From Schmidtea polychroa (lineage: Eukaryota): a stretch of 64,000 bases of DNA. The position numbers and the translations under genes are program-made. Under the pieces are notes generated by a model that saw nothing but the letters and a program-made list of their open reading frames with translations, was not told the origin of the DNA and ran no database searches. The number at the start of each line of letters is the position of its first letter. The first letter of the stretch is position 1. Of the stretch, positions 23,201 through 29,483 are shown one piece after another. Location of the stretch: NCBI GenBank assembly GCA_044892525.1, contig CM097885.1, forward strand, positions 238,578,001 through 238,642,000. Direction: 5' to 3'.

Positions 23201-25964
23201 GATATTCATGTTGAGGAGAGAAACAAGCAGCAGCGCCAATAAAGGAACCGAAACAGAAAGCGAAGCTGACGCAATGGCAAGGAGTCAAGCGACATGGAAT
23301 ATGACAGTAAAAATAGCACGAGAAATTGTACCAGAATGGGCCAATATAACCAATAAATACCAGGTATTAGGCAAACTAATGATAGTAGCAGAAAGATATG
23401 CAAAAGGACGAAGAAACGCTGAAGGAGTACAAGTACCGACTCAAATGTGTGAACTAGTCCGGAGATTACCAATCATGTTCCTAACAAGTGATTTGAGTAA
23501 TAACTGGCCAATCCATCATGCAGTCAAAGCAGGACAGGAAAAACGAGCATTAGAGATCATACGAATAATGGAAAATTGCAAACAATCGACAAACGTTAAA
23601 AATAGTAAAGGGAAAACTCCACTGATGAAAGCCATAGCAATAGGCGCGTCAAGAGAAGTACTCAGAGAATTATTGAGAACGGGATCCACGTTGAAAGAAA
23701 AAGACAATAAACAACGAACCATTTTACGTTACGCCGTCAAGTCAAAAAGACCTAGCATACTAAGCTTTATCACGGGAAATGCAACAACCGAAGAAGCCGA
23801 GGTGTTGGGACAGAGCATTGAACCAATTCTGGAAGCCATCAGAGGAAACTTAGACAGAACAGCAGCAATGTTAATCAAATGGAAACAAAACGAATTAAGA
23901 GCGGAAGTAACTGACATAAATCAATTCCAAAACAACGAAAACATCGTACTAAGAAGCGCCATATACTCAAGACCGCCAATGCCAAAAACCATTAAAGCAA
24001 TATTACAGAGAAATAGAACAGAATTGACAGGTAATTGGTGGAAATGCACAAAAACACATGCGATGAAAAAGCAACTAGAAATACTAGTGTGGGAATGGCA
24101 CCGGAAACAACGGAAATATCAAGGAACCAAAGAAGAACGAGAAAGTATCCACAACGACAAAAAAGAGATAATTAAAAAATACGAGGAGATGATCAAAGCA
24201 GCAAATGTCGAGGACGACATTTTCGGGAAAACCCCGGGTCAGAGGAATGACGACGACGACGACGACGAAAGGATGGGGGATAACGATAACAACCCAGAGG
24301 AAAACGACAGAGAACAGAATCCGGAAGGCGGAGAAACAACGAGTGATGATGAGGAATTGGAAGAAGACGAAGAAGACCAATGTCGAGGTGAAGATCAAGG
24401 ATTCGACAAAACGGAGAACAAAAAACGAAAGTCCCCACTACATAGCATAGTGTGTCGAAATCAAATCCAGCCAATCCTACTACAAAGAATATTTATAATA
24501 TTAACATCCATCTGTTTAACAGAAACAAAAAATATGAGAATCGTAAGAGAAGCTTCCCAAGAAGGTGAAGTATTTATGATAAAAGTCAGTGATTACGACG
24601 GAAATGCCGTCGGAATATGTGTGCAACTAATGGAAGGAACAGGAGTAAGTTGTGATTTCAGATCGATAACAAAAGGAAAGATTTTTAGCAGCCAAAAAAG
24701 AGATCCCAGGCTATGTGGAGATTATGACATCTGTAGAGACATATCAACAGAGGAAATGGAGCTAGAAAGAGCCAACGAAACCGGAGTACATTTTCAACTC
24801 AACATTTTGGAAGAAGGTATCGAAATAGAAGACAAAGGGAGTCGATCAATTACACATGTATGCATCAGAGAAGACAGAGACATATGCATAGTAACTGATA
24901 TGACACAGCATCACAAATTCTTCTGGGGAGAGGTCAAACCAAATACCCCTACTGTGGTATGCGCAGGAACACAAGGGATAGTAGTATGTAAAGGAACAAG
25001 AACTGCACCAAGAAAAGACAAGCCAAAGAGTATGGCAATGAAACAAGATCCATTGAGGGGGATAACAACCAAGAAGCCAAACAAATCAGTTAGTACAAAA
25101 ACAACAACAGAGCAAAATCAAACCGAATTAATAACAACAACAACATGGATCAACGAAGTAATTAAAGACGAAAGACGGGAAGTGCAGATGACTATTAACC
25201 TCAACAAGAAAGGTGAAGAGGTAATTACAGTCAAAAACCAAGAAGGAGAACCAATCATAAGGATATGTGTAATGGATAAGACGGGAATAATCGACTGTAC
25301 AACAACACCGATAGACAAAGGTGCAGACGTCAAAATGGAGACAGGAAAACGAAAAGAACGATACCAAGTATGTATCCTTAAGAAAGGAAGAGGAACCAGC
25401 GTATGTCAACTAATAACTCGACAAAAACCCCAATTAATAAACATACCGTGGATACCCCGAGATCAAGAAGGAGGAGAGAAACGGGAAAATCACAGTCACC
25501 TAACAGAAAAAGAGAAGGAGCGATTACATCAAGCATTCAAGAAAATCAAAGCACCAGAAACAAATACCACAGGTAGTACAATATTAACGACAGAAAAAAC
25601 AAATAATGGAACAACGATCATCACAAAGATGATATGGATAACTAGCGCGATAGTAAGCACGATAATAGCGTTAGCAATGATTCAGTGGATAAGAACCACC
25701 AAAAGATGTAAACAAAAACCGAGAAACCAAAGAAAATGGCCCAAAGTGGAAAAATTTGAATACGGTATTCCAACAGAGAATCTGAATCTAGAAGAATACG
25801 AGGTGGTAGAGGATCCCGGATCCAGCGGATTGTGGATGTCGGAGCTACCAAGAATACCCACACCTAACGAATGGACACACGAAGTCGATATATACCGAAT
25901 AACGGACGAAAGATATGGGGGAATGCGCACGCTGCATTCCGGCCCCATGGCGACACTGGTATAA
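14211..25964 (+). CDS. pol: 3,917-aa polyprotein: Ubl - MATH - Ubl - Bcl-2-like - Env-like glycoprotein - protease - RT - RNase H - integrase - ankyrin repeats - type I membrane protein
   Basis: Uninterrupted ORF in the same frame as gag; domain motifs listed in the sub-features. Confidence 0.95.
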   Translation: MFKKIQQVFNNEVEPELEKIERKIMKENQIILVKQAIDQTRKYINRLRERWPQLMKQFVKDVRDTEIMRFEDKRATELISKYGEYERTKCEHETIKIKVKLPNEEKQIIEVNPDCQVDELVQIIDQEIIQKARENSEDGMIEDVIIMYNRHMLERGDRTVINELGIWEDGAVINIIAMDEPSGGHKNATKTEQQIKRFQWGMRAKMDRIIDIYNHWLRDDKLKLAAFNDEDCKLIPWKKVWIESEARWDWEQQKLEPNWIDNIPEEIAAVWVREKPIDTYQDILPQEFQNELQSGEDEEIREPVRLAPFTWKIENWMEKIKLAKKEKITRLVSPSFYSGLGEYKMKLRIYPNGDGIGKGNYVSAFFAICKGNYDDKVPWPFSRKVTIAIEPLKDSLNMHKETLKPDPRSACYQRPTTSENIASGTPKLIRLSYIENEQSKFVKNNAIQIRVEVETEQEMNQRLNIPENQPRICMMRRRVPDSGHLPIDADADEEEAATLLEAQKCKELMEILQNGAKNRRRAVVELAKWIAESCKRIQNLRKIVKAIEEYRRVYVWYPEQFGEIIRKWKQREWAENSPEKYQLKIFMPDFEPMEKEFYTTAKVREVKKRIPYELPFHLQHEGRSLDDDIEIGVTPLQGEIVNRLTVSKIAGRELRRREIKQKSSTQQPGSLDTPEVPNAVSEVTIETTGEDEILDELQEIVEAGEIMRASQSGDLFIDEGEPTTDDLDGFVCAQRQPVETTEAETDLDNVERGANKDVTTTDEWSNWRVDPGATTSKDTTYNPPKRKETGTAMDRRTRGRPKTDKAEIEPKSKVQAQMEQVKTKMDKLSALVKQVKVKTSVREQGTRWINDLLANMLALANPDVKRVMRKDNIPTEAKQLWAVLKPIIMKIMDNKIRLTLKDPVELRLIVEHLLSRSEDQNRFLVGLAYLVYNVIGQYKKRMPKYNATGYEFTVTEIIKRSIEPYILEQGGWRSFIESTGKKDQTEMMQAKLRDLLTEFEGTININDPRASRKGMNAIITTILIWMMCIKGTESFAVYDCDNIKIHEKYSLKDTEDCKAANPRKLQTVMASVSYNVYQEADFIKTMVQECTVTRKIFAHHCGSSSHSTIIEPGLESTVILLSREECEEGFRSGRIHLRQGIEIAAEPGKIKTTRVYTAGRITKGDGTCETGTYTLNGQLVSGVVVIESYEAKLEKYQGYFDPDTQAMKKYPSCLASDRSCSTGMSTLVYHADQKVCRLMLLKTAIFEEIQGKVYSEPKGEAERRAMEELRARKGFREDVITSKLESEVTPTAIISKDDGIGMRFIKNKMVSKCDEMVISTNYKGIYLSRRTLANAVGRLSEKDVKLYLYANNKMDFLYHRGLTSTEKVYHDLLRNDCLLNKEILRTKLAMAITNPDNAIPLLPLQEGYFGRIVGEVMYTYQCKKIMARLPENPTIPRDKCANELEIIHEGKPRFVQAVTRIMNPVGFQPNLFNCSNAYGPMYEKEDGQWVQFPSKTIVVTPKKFGLTELTTELEFKPIDVSQSGLYTPKDLESARAHMLFPAHRQAILSNIVTISGGNNYGESPNYELLLSPSHYQQATANMMKAMWGRFLVFGQMMAGILGIILIIQIVRVILTQMLACFDIYKRERKVNWKLAIGFLPFLAKTMVLHGHSKDIHRIKRLLKILTQMKGTDEEVGRKFKVIMRLEAERTQEKAKRTGKWKKWMNLRRDDDSDNDNDDFDDDDNNQGGAMLINKNTATWENEKMKPWGSPYSQTPYLQAPTNGPMRRPGTMRERIRMGTGRLPVPNIYPTAYEPNWAAMDPTMIKPIKNVGQEVETRTIAVLQTPAGPSLTITVEVNGIEMDAMIDTGANISAINMNMLPGRLWPCIEETTMDVITCSKQSIAVVGRVWSTIEYKGVKVTTYLAVIRQLSVSCIIGTDVMPELLKEIVIDLSSMKLKDKTGQICTMRTEVRCSEKMIIPARTQTICYVKVDNEAKGDMIFEPSQKFEKRRELPLAREIVSINEDNEIPINITNFDEEDKVIYENERLGKLTPMMNIELPELKSEGADEKELWTIDSELLNEDEKEQLRQLLIEFKDIFAASDLDLGTSDVTQHIIPLTDETPITLRPYRLAEAQKTVAEEEVQKMLDAGVIEPSCSPWQFPVVMVKKKDGTQRFCIDYRRLNAVTKRDTYPLPDINEMLQMLHGAAYFTSLDLKSGYWQIKVKEEDREKTAFTIGKDLYQFKKMPFGLTNAPASFQRCMNFVTHGIKQCMVYIDDLLIYSGTFEQHLIDIRNVFIRLKQWKLKLKPSKCDWAKERVTFLGHIVSAKGKEPDPRNVEKIKNCPIPKTVTQVQEFLGLCGYYRKFIKNYATIAKPIQELTKKDTPFLWEREQQIAFESLRDKLIASPILIHPDFKKPFLLATDASGYASGAVLGQWDEEKRERVIGYYSKTFKKHEKNYSVTEREALAIIQAIKHFKYLLWGHEIIITTDHQPLVWLGQHKEASSRLMRWAMQLQEYSPYIKFKSGKANANADCMSRFVFEELMDHDVRRICLIIAEDIDFTNLKNEQKEDNELKLIIEFLEKNDMKIFNNDDRLKEHMEKNRHRYTIEKGWLLVMDGDKRLMCLPESRRKEIMIQYHDGKLGGHMSAKKTEARLKQKYYWPNMSDDVKEWIKNCLICATRKTTGSKLKPPLKPMPIPPEPMTMIAMDVVGPLPETNSGNVYILVITDYLTKFPEAFAMPDQKARTVARILVEEICCRYGTPKQILTDQGTNFMSEIINEVTNYFRIAKLRTSPYHPQTNGQTERFNGILIDMMSNYVSKHQKDWDEYIKLCLMAYRMSIHSATKMSPFKLMYGRECNMPMDLEYQPPISQYMEIDDYVTKFKERMQEIWKTAGMNIRFNQESYKELHDKKKNVQNHQFKVGDWVIIETPELIPGTAKKLQRNGRGPYEIIYVNENNARVKLVNNPLIRPIYVNTCRCKAVAKTATKDPETRKIITRSQTNATTEPEVSGRLTRSQTRRIFMLRRETSSSANKGTETESEADAMARSQATWNMTVKIAREIVPEWANITNKYQVLGKLMIVAERYAKGRRNAEGVQVPTQMCELVRRLPIMFLTSDLSNNWPIHHAVKAGQEKRALEIIRIMENCKQSTNVKNSKGKTPLMKAIAIGASREVLRELLRTGSTLKEKDNKQRTILRYAVKSKRPSILSFITGNATTEEAEVLGQSIEPILEAIRGNLDRTAAMLIKWKQNELRAEVTDINQFQNNENIVLRSAIYSRPPMPKTIKAILQRNRTELTGNWWKCTKTHAMKKQLEILVWEWHRKQRKYQGTKEERESIHNDKKEIIKKYEEMIKAANVEDDIFGKTPGQRNDDDDDDERMGDNDNNPEENDREQNPEGGETTSDDEELEEDEEDQCRGEDQGFDKTENKKRKSPLHSIVCRNQIQPILLQRIFIILTSICLTETKNMRIVREASQEGEVFMIKVSDYDGNAVGICVQLMEGTGVSCDFRSITKGKIFSSQKRDPRLCGDYDICRDISTEEMELERANETGVHFQLNILEEGIEIEDKGSRSITHVCIREDRDICIVTDMTQHHKFFWGEVKPNTPTVVCAGTQGIVVCKGTRTAPRKDKPKSMAMKQDPLRGITTKKPNKSVSTKTTTEQNQTELITTTTWINEVIKDERREVQMTINLNKKGEEVITVKNQEGEPIIRICVMDKTGIIDCTTTPIDKGADVKMETGKRKERYQVCILKKGRGTSVCQLITRQKPQLINIPWIPRDQEGGEKRENHSHLTEKEKERLHQAFKKIKAPETNTTGSTILTTEKTNNGTTIITKMIWITSAIVSTIIALAMIQWIRTTKRCKQKPRNQRKWPKVEKFEYGIPTENLNLEEYEVVEDPGSSGLWMSELPRIPTPNEWTHEVDIYRITDERYGGMRTLHSGPMATLV
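15132..15572 (+). other. TRAF-type MATH domain within the polyprotein
   Basis: FTWKIEN...SPSFYS...YKMKLRIYPNGDGIGKGNYVSAFFAICKGNYDDKVPWPFSRKVT...FVKNNAIQIRVEV. Confidence 0.9.
16740..17141 (+). other. Bcl-2-like domain within the polyprotein
   Basis: BH2-like YILEQGGWRSF (17103-17135); degenerate BH1-like DQNRFLVGLAY at about the expected spacing; helical composition. Confidence 0.6.
17253..19160 (+). other. env: Envelope-like fusion glycoprotein (chuvirus / class III-like) within the polyprotein
   Basis: Internal signal-like MNAIITTILIWMMCIKG, then AVYDC...SLKDTEDC...HHCG...GEVMYTYQC...SGLYT...MLFP with a Cys pattern recalling chuvirus-type glycoproteins; TM segment at about 18978-19073. 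Confidence 0.75.
19690..20000 (+). other. Aspartic protease
   Basis: AMIDTGANIS (DTG at 19746-19754) and CIIGTDV. Confidence 0.93.
20430..21125 (+). other. Reverse transcriptase (Ty3/Gypsy type)
   Basis: RFCIDYRRLN, LDLKSGYWQI, MPFGLTNAPASFQR, YIDD (20964-20975), FLGHIVS. Confidence 0.97.
21390..21760 (+). other. RNase H
   Basis: LATDASG...YSVTEREALA...TDHQPL...NANADCMSR. Confidence 0.95.
22030..23080 (+). other. Integrase (HHCC, DDE core, GPY/F module)
   Basis: HDGKLGGH...CLIC; AMDVVGP...TDQGTNF...NGQTERFN; FKVGDWV...GPYEI. Confidence 0.95.
23499..23880 (+). other. Ankyrin repeats C-terminal to the integrase
   Basis: NNWPIHHAVKAG, KGKTPLMKAIAIG, KQRTILRYAVKS at about 33-38 aa spacing. 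Confidence 0.8.
24474..25964 (+). other. Second predicted type I membrane protein at the polyprotein C-terminus
   Basis: Signal-like ILLQRIFIILTSICLT, Cys-containing beta-rich repeats, Thr-rich stalks, TM MIWITSAIVSTIIALAMIQWI (25629-25691), basic stop-transfer and tail. Confidence 0.6.
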
Positions 25965-26112
25965 CAAGAGGAGGAGTTGTTGTAAATAATGTATAAATGA
26001 AATGATAAAAGTAGTGATAATAGTAGTAGTATGTACAAAATAAAAGTAGTAAATTAAAACAATATGTAGAAAAATCAAAAACAAGTATGATGACCATGTA
26101 TTATAAATAGGA

Positions 26113-26508
26113 ATGAACCAGAGAAACGAAGAGCAAGAACACCCAAATGGGATACCACATGTTGTTGAAGTAAGAGAACAGCCGCTTATGAATGTACATC
26201 CAGTAGACATGATGGAAATGAACGCGCCAAACCAGCCGAGTCAGCCAACAGGATCCATGTGGAGGGCACAGTGTGAATTAATGACCCAATTGACAAATCA
26301 GACTCAAGAGCACTGGGTACGAAACCAAACGGCGTTGATAGAGAGTATTAATAGAAATGCAATATATATTACAAAAATAGAGGAACAACACCAAATAATC
26401 GCGCAACTAGAGTATAATAACAATCAGTTAATAAGCCAAATCAGATGGCAAGCGGAAGAAATTAGAAGGTTGCATGAAAATCGACAACATGATGATATTA
26501 CCAGTTAG
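26113..26508 (+). CDS. Accessory ORF, 131 aa, C-terminal coiled coil, unknown function
   Basis: Same-strand ORF with the element's A-rich codon usage; AG 2 nt before the ATG. Confidence 0.7.
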   Translation: MNQRNEEQEHPNGIPHVVEVREQPLMNVHPVDMMEMNAPNQPSQPTGSMWRAQCELMTQLTNQTQEHWVRNQTALIESINRNAIYITKIEEQHQIIAQLEYNNNQLISQIRWQAEEIRRLHENRQHDDITS

Positions 26509-26656
26509 TCGAGTGGATGACCGGGTTACCAGGAACAGGGGAACCGGACTCGACGGTAGATGTATAGGAGAGAAAGGAGTGAAATGTAAATAATCCTGTA
26601 AATAAATAGAGTTATAATCAAGTAGAAATCCCAAGATTAAAAATCATCATTGTAGA

Positions 26657-28081
26657 ATGCAAAACAAAGCAGAGGAAAACCGGAGAGAAGCAGAGGAACA
26701 AAAGATTAACTATGAGTTGATGAGAAAATACCAAGCCGAGCCGGACGAGTTCGAAGAGAGATTATTATGTGCCGATACAGCATGTAGAAGATTATTAATT
26801 GGAGCAAGTCAAACTCGATGCGGGTGTAGATTGTGCCGAGGGTGTGATATAAGATTAGCCAGACTAAAGCGAGAAACTTGTCCAGGATGTGGAGAAGCAT
26901 TTAAGTTGGTTCCCACTGGTACGATACCGGATAGAGCAATGAACCGAGAAATCAGAGAAGTGAAAATAAGATGCACCCAAAGGTCATGCGAATGGACAGG
27001 CCGAGTAAAGGAGTTAAGAGCCCATACAGACGTATGCGAATATCTAGAATCGGAATGCGAAGCATGCACGGTAAAGTTTTTACGAAAAGAGAAAACCAAA
27101 CATAAAGGGGAATGCGAAGCGCGAACGGAAAAATGCGAATTTTGCGGAGAAACTGCTAATTGGAGAGAAATCGAAATGGAACATCGAAACGCAGTAGAAA
27201 GACGGATTTGCGACGAATATACAGGGAAATGCCCAAACGAGTGTGGAGAAATTAACAACGTCAGATTAAATGAACATTGGGAGATATGCACGAGAAAAGC
27301 AATAAAATGCCCAATGGTGACATTCGACTGTAGAGCACAATTACCAGCAGAAGAAATGAAGAAGCATGTGGAGGAGAATACATTCGAGCACATGCAAAAG
27401 ATGATGAGAGCAATAGAGTTAACAGCAAGAGCAATTGAAGACGTCAAAGACGAACTCAAATCACATAAAATCATGATAAAAGAAATGCTGAGCTCACAGG
27501 AAAGCTTCGAAAATACGAGAGAAGCCGTAACACAAAGGATGTTGAAATTAGACGACAAATTAGTCGAAGTAACTAAATTACAAACCAAATGGACTACAAA
27601 GGAACTGACAACAGAGGAACTACCAATACTACCATACATGTGGAAAATCCAAGGAATAACGGAAATAATGGAGCAAGCAAAGCAAGGAATCCAGACAACG
27701 ATAGTGAGCAAACCATTCTACGCCAAGAAACATGGATACAAGATGAAATTGAGATGGTTTCCAAATGGTGAAGGAAAGTTTAAAGATCGGTGCATGTCCA
27801 TATATATGCAAATTTGTAAAGGAGATTTTGACGACCTAATAGCATGGCCATTCCGACATAGATTAAAAATATCTCTCTTAGGAGCAAAAAAGACACATAT
27901 AATGTGTTTTCGAGCATCCAGTCCAGCAGGGAATAAACCGATTACAGAGGTTAATCCTGCGGTAGGAGTAGCAGAGTTTATGCAGCTATACCAATTTAAT
28001 GAAGGGTCCTACATAGAAAAGGACACTATATTCTTCCTAATCGAACTAGATGAGGAAGGACCAACAATAGAAATACGATAG
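26657..28081 (+). CDS. Intronless TRAF-like protein (RING, TRAF zinc fingers, coiled coil, MATH), 474 aa
   Basis: N-terminal RING-like Cys array, DRAMNREI...C...CEWTG...H...C, further CxxC fingers, MATH YMWKI...SKPFY...GYKMKLRWFPNG...KGDFDDLIAWPF. Confidence 0.92.
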   Translation: MQNKAEENRREAEEQKINYELMRKYQAEPDEFEERLLCADTACRRLLIGASQTRCGCRLCRGCDIRLARLKRETCPGCGEAFKLVPTGTIPDRAMNREIREVKIRCTQRSCEWTGRVKELRAHTDVCEYLESECEACTVKFLRKEKTKHKGECEARTEKCEFCGETANWREIEMEHRNAVERRICDEYTGKCPNECGEINNVRLNEHWEICTRKAIKCPMVTFDCRAQLPAEEMKKHVEENTFEHMQKMMRAIELTARAIEDVKDELKSHKIMIKEMLSSQESFENTREAVTQRMLKLDDKLVEVTKLQTKWTTKELTTEELPILPYMWKIQGITEIMEQAKQGIQTTIVSKPFYAKKHGYKMKLRWFPNGEGKFKDRCMSIYMQICKGDFDDLIAWPFRHRLKISLLGAKKTHIMCFRASSPAGNKPITEVNPAVGVAEFMQLYQFNEGSYIEKDTIFFLIELDEEGPTIEIR

Positions 28082-28221
28082 ACGGATAGAAGGGAACTGT
28101 AAATATTTTGTAAAAACGATGTAAAGTAAATATAAAGTTATTGTATACAGTAAAGTAACTTGCCAAAACCATAAAAATTAGAAAAAGAAAATGTAAAAAG
28201 AAATGATGAAATTTATTATAG

Positions 28222-29400
28222 ATGATTAATCAAGAGAGACCGAATATCCGAAAGAAAACGATCACAATGAGAGAGGAAGAGGACAATATGTCACCTAGAG
28301 AAAGAGTGAAGGATGCGGAAGTCAGCAAAACAAAACCAAGTAGTTACGCATATTATCGGAGAATGGGAAACGATTATAATTGGGTACACGAAAATTTGAA
28401 ACTGGGAGATAATGAACAATTCAGATGTGAGAACCAGAGATATCTGTCATTTGAACATCAGACCATTTTCACCAAGGAACAGAGCCGAGCGCTAGCACGC
28501 GACGGATTTTTCTTCTCCGGAAAACCAGAGATACCCGATCAAATAACGTGTCGTTTCTGTAAAGGGAAATTAGCAGAATGGAAAAAAGGAGAACACCCAA
28601 AGGAGGAACATCGTAGACGATTCCCAACTTGTCTATTCGTACTGGGATTTGATGTACACAACAAACCGGAAATCAAATACGAAGCCTTGGAGAAATTGAA
28701 AACTGAAGACGAAAAAGGAGGGAAAATGAGCATCGCGATAACCAGAATCGTTGATGAGTATGTTCCAACTTGTGAAGGGGAATTCCTCACGCAAATAGCA
28801 GATAATAGAATGAAAACGTTCGGAGATGATACGAGAGGACCTGAATTAGCAATAAGAGGGTTCTACCTAACAGAAAATCAAATACTAAAGTGTGAAAGAT
28901 GCGAAAGCCAACAGAGATTACCGGAAGAAGGCATACCAGAAATTAGACATCAAGCATGGTGCCTATATCACAACGAACAAGAAACCGAATATCCGGAAGT
29001 ACTAGTAACAGAGGAAGAGGTTGACGAAGTGGTAGACAAACCCAACATGTGCAGAGCGTTGAAAGCAGCCGGAATAGGCACGACAAGGGCAAAGAACATG
29101 ATTAGAGAGAGACTACAGAAAAATGTACATATACCAACAACAACGTACGATATGATCAGAGCGATAACCCAGTATAGAGAAAAACCTGAAACAAAAATAA
29201 AAGAAGAATCAATGGTCAAAACAGCTATCTTACGAGATATCAAATGTACTATGTGTTGGGAGAGGAGTGTAGAAGTTATTCATATGCCATGCGGACATTT
29301 GATCGCATGTGCCACGTGTAGTAGGAAAATAAAAGAATGTCCAATGTGTAGACAGAGGATTGCGCAGCGAATCAAAGGATTTCGCTACGCCGATCAATAA
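28222..29400 (+). CDS. Inhibitor-of-apoptosis (IAP)-like protein: BIR, degenerate BIR, RING (392 aa)
   Basis: RYLSF...LARDGFFF...CRFC...W...EH...PTC (BIR); RMKTF...LAIRGFY...CERC...H...C; CTMC...PCGHLIACATC...CPMCR. Confidence 0.92.
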   Translation: MINQERPNIRKKTITMREEEDNMSPRERVKDAEVSKTKPSSYAYYRRMGNDYNWVHENLKLGDNEQFRCENQRYLSFEHQTIFTKEQSRALARDGFFFSGKPEIPDQITCRFCKGKLAEWKKGEHPKEEHRRRFPTCLFVLGFDVHNKPEIKYEALEKLKTEDEKGGKMSIAITRIVDEYVPTCEGEFLTQIADNRMKTFGDDTRGPELAIRGFYLTENQILKCERCESQQRLPEEGIPEIRHQAWCLYHNEQETEYPEVLVTEEEVDEVVDKPNMCRALKAAGIGTTRAKNMIRERLQKNVHIPTTTYDMIRAITQYREKPETKIKEESMVKTAILRDIKCTMCWERSVEVIHMPCGHLIACATCSRKIKECPMCRQRIAQRIKGFRYADQ

Positions 29401-29483
29401 CGAAAAATAAAAATTTCGTGTATAAAGTGTAGATAATAAATGTATAAAATAATAGTAGTAGTAATAGTGTAATTATTTAGACA

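Noticed and set aside
23080..23500. Chromodomain after the integrase
   Set aside because: No chromodomain aromatic-cage pattern seen; ankyrin repeats follow instead.
26809..27711. 300-aa antisense ORF (and others such as 32298-33023, 16043-16534, 19571-20044)
   Set aside because: Ser/Leu/Phe/Ile-rich shadows of the A-rich coding strand with no recognisable motifs.
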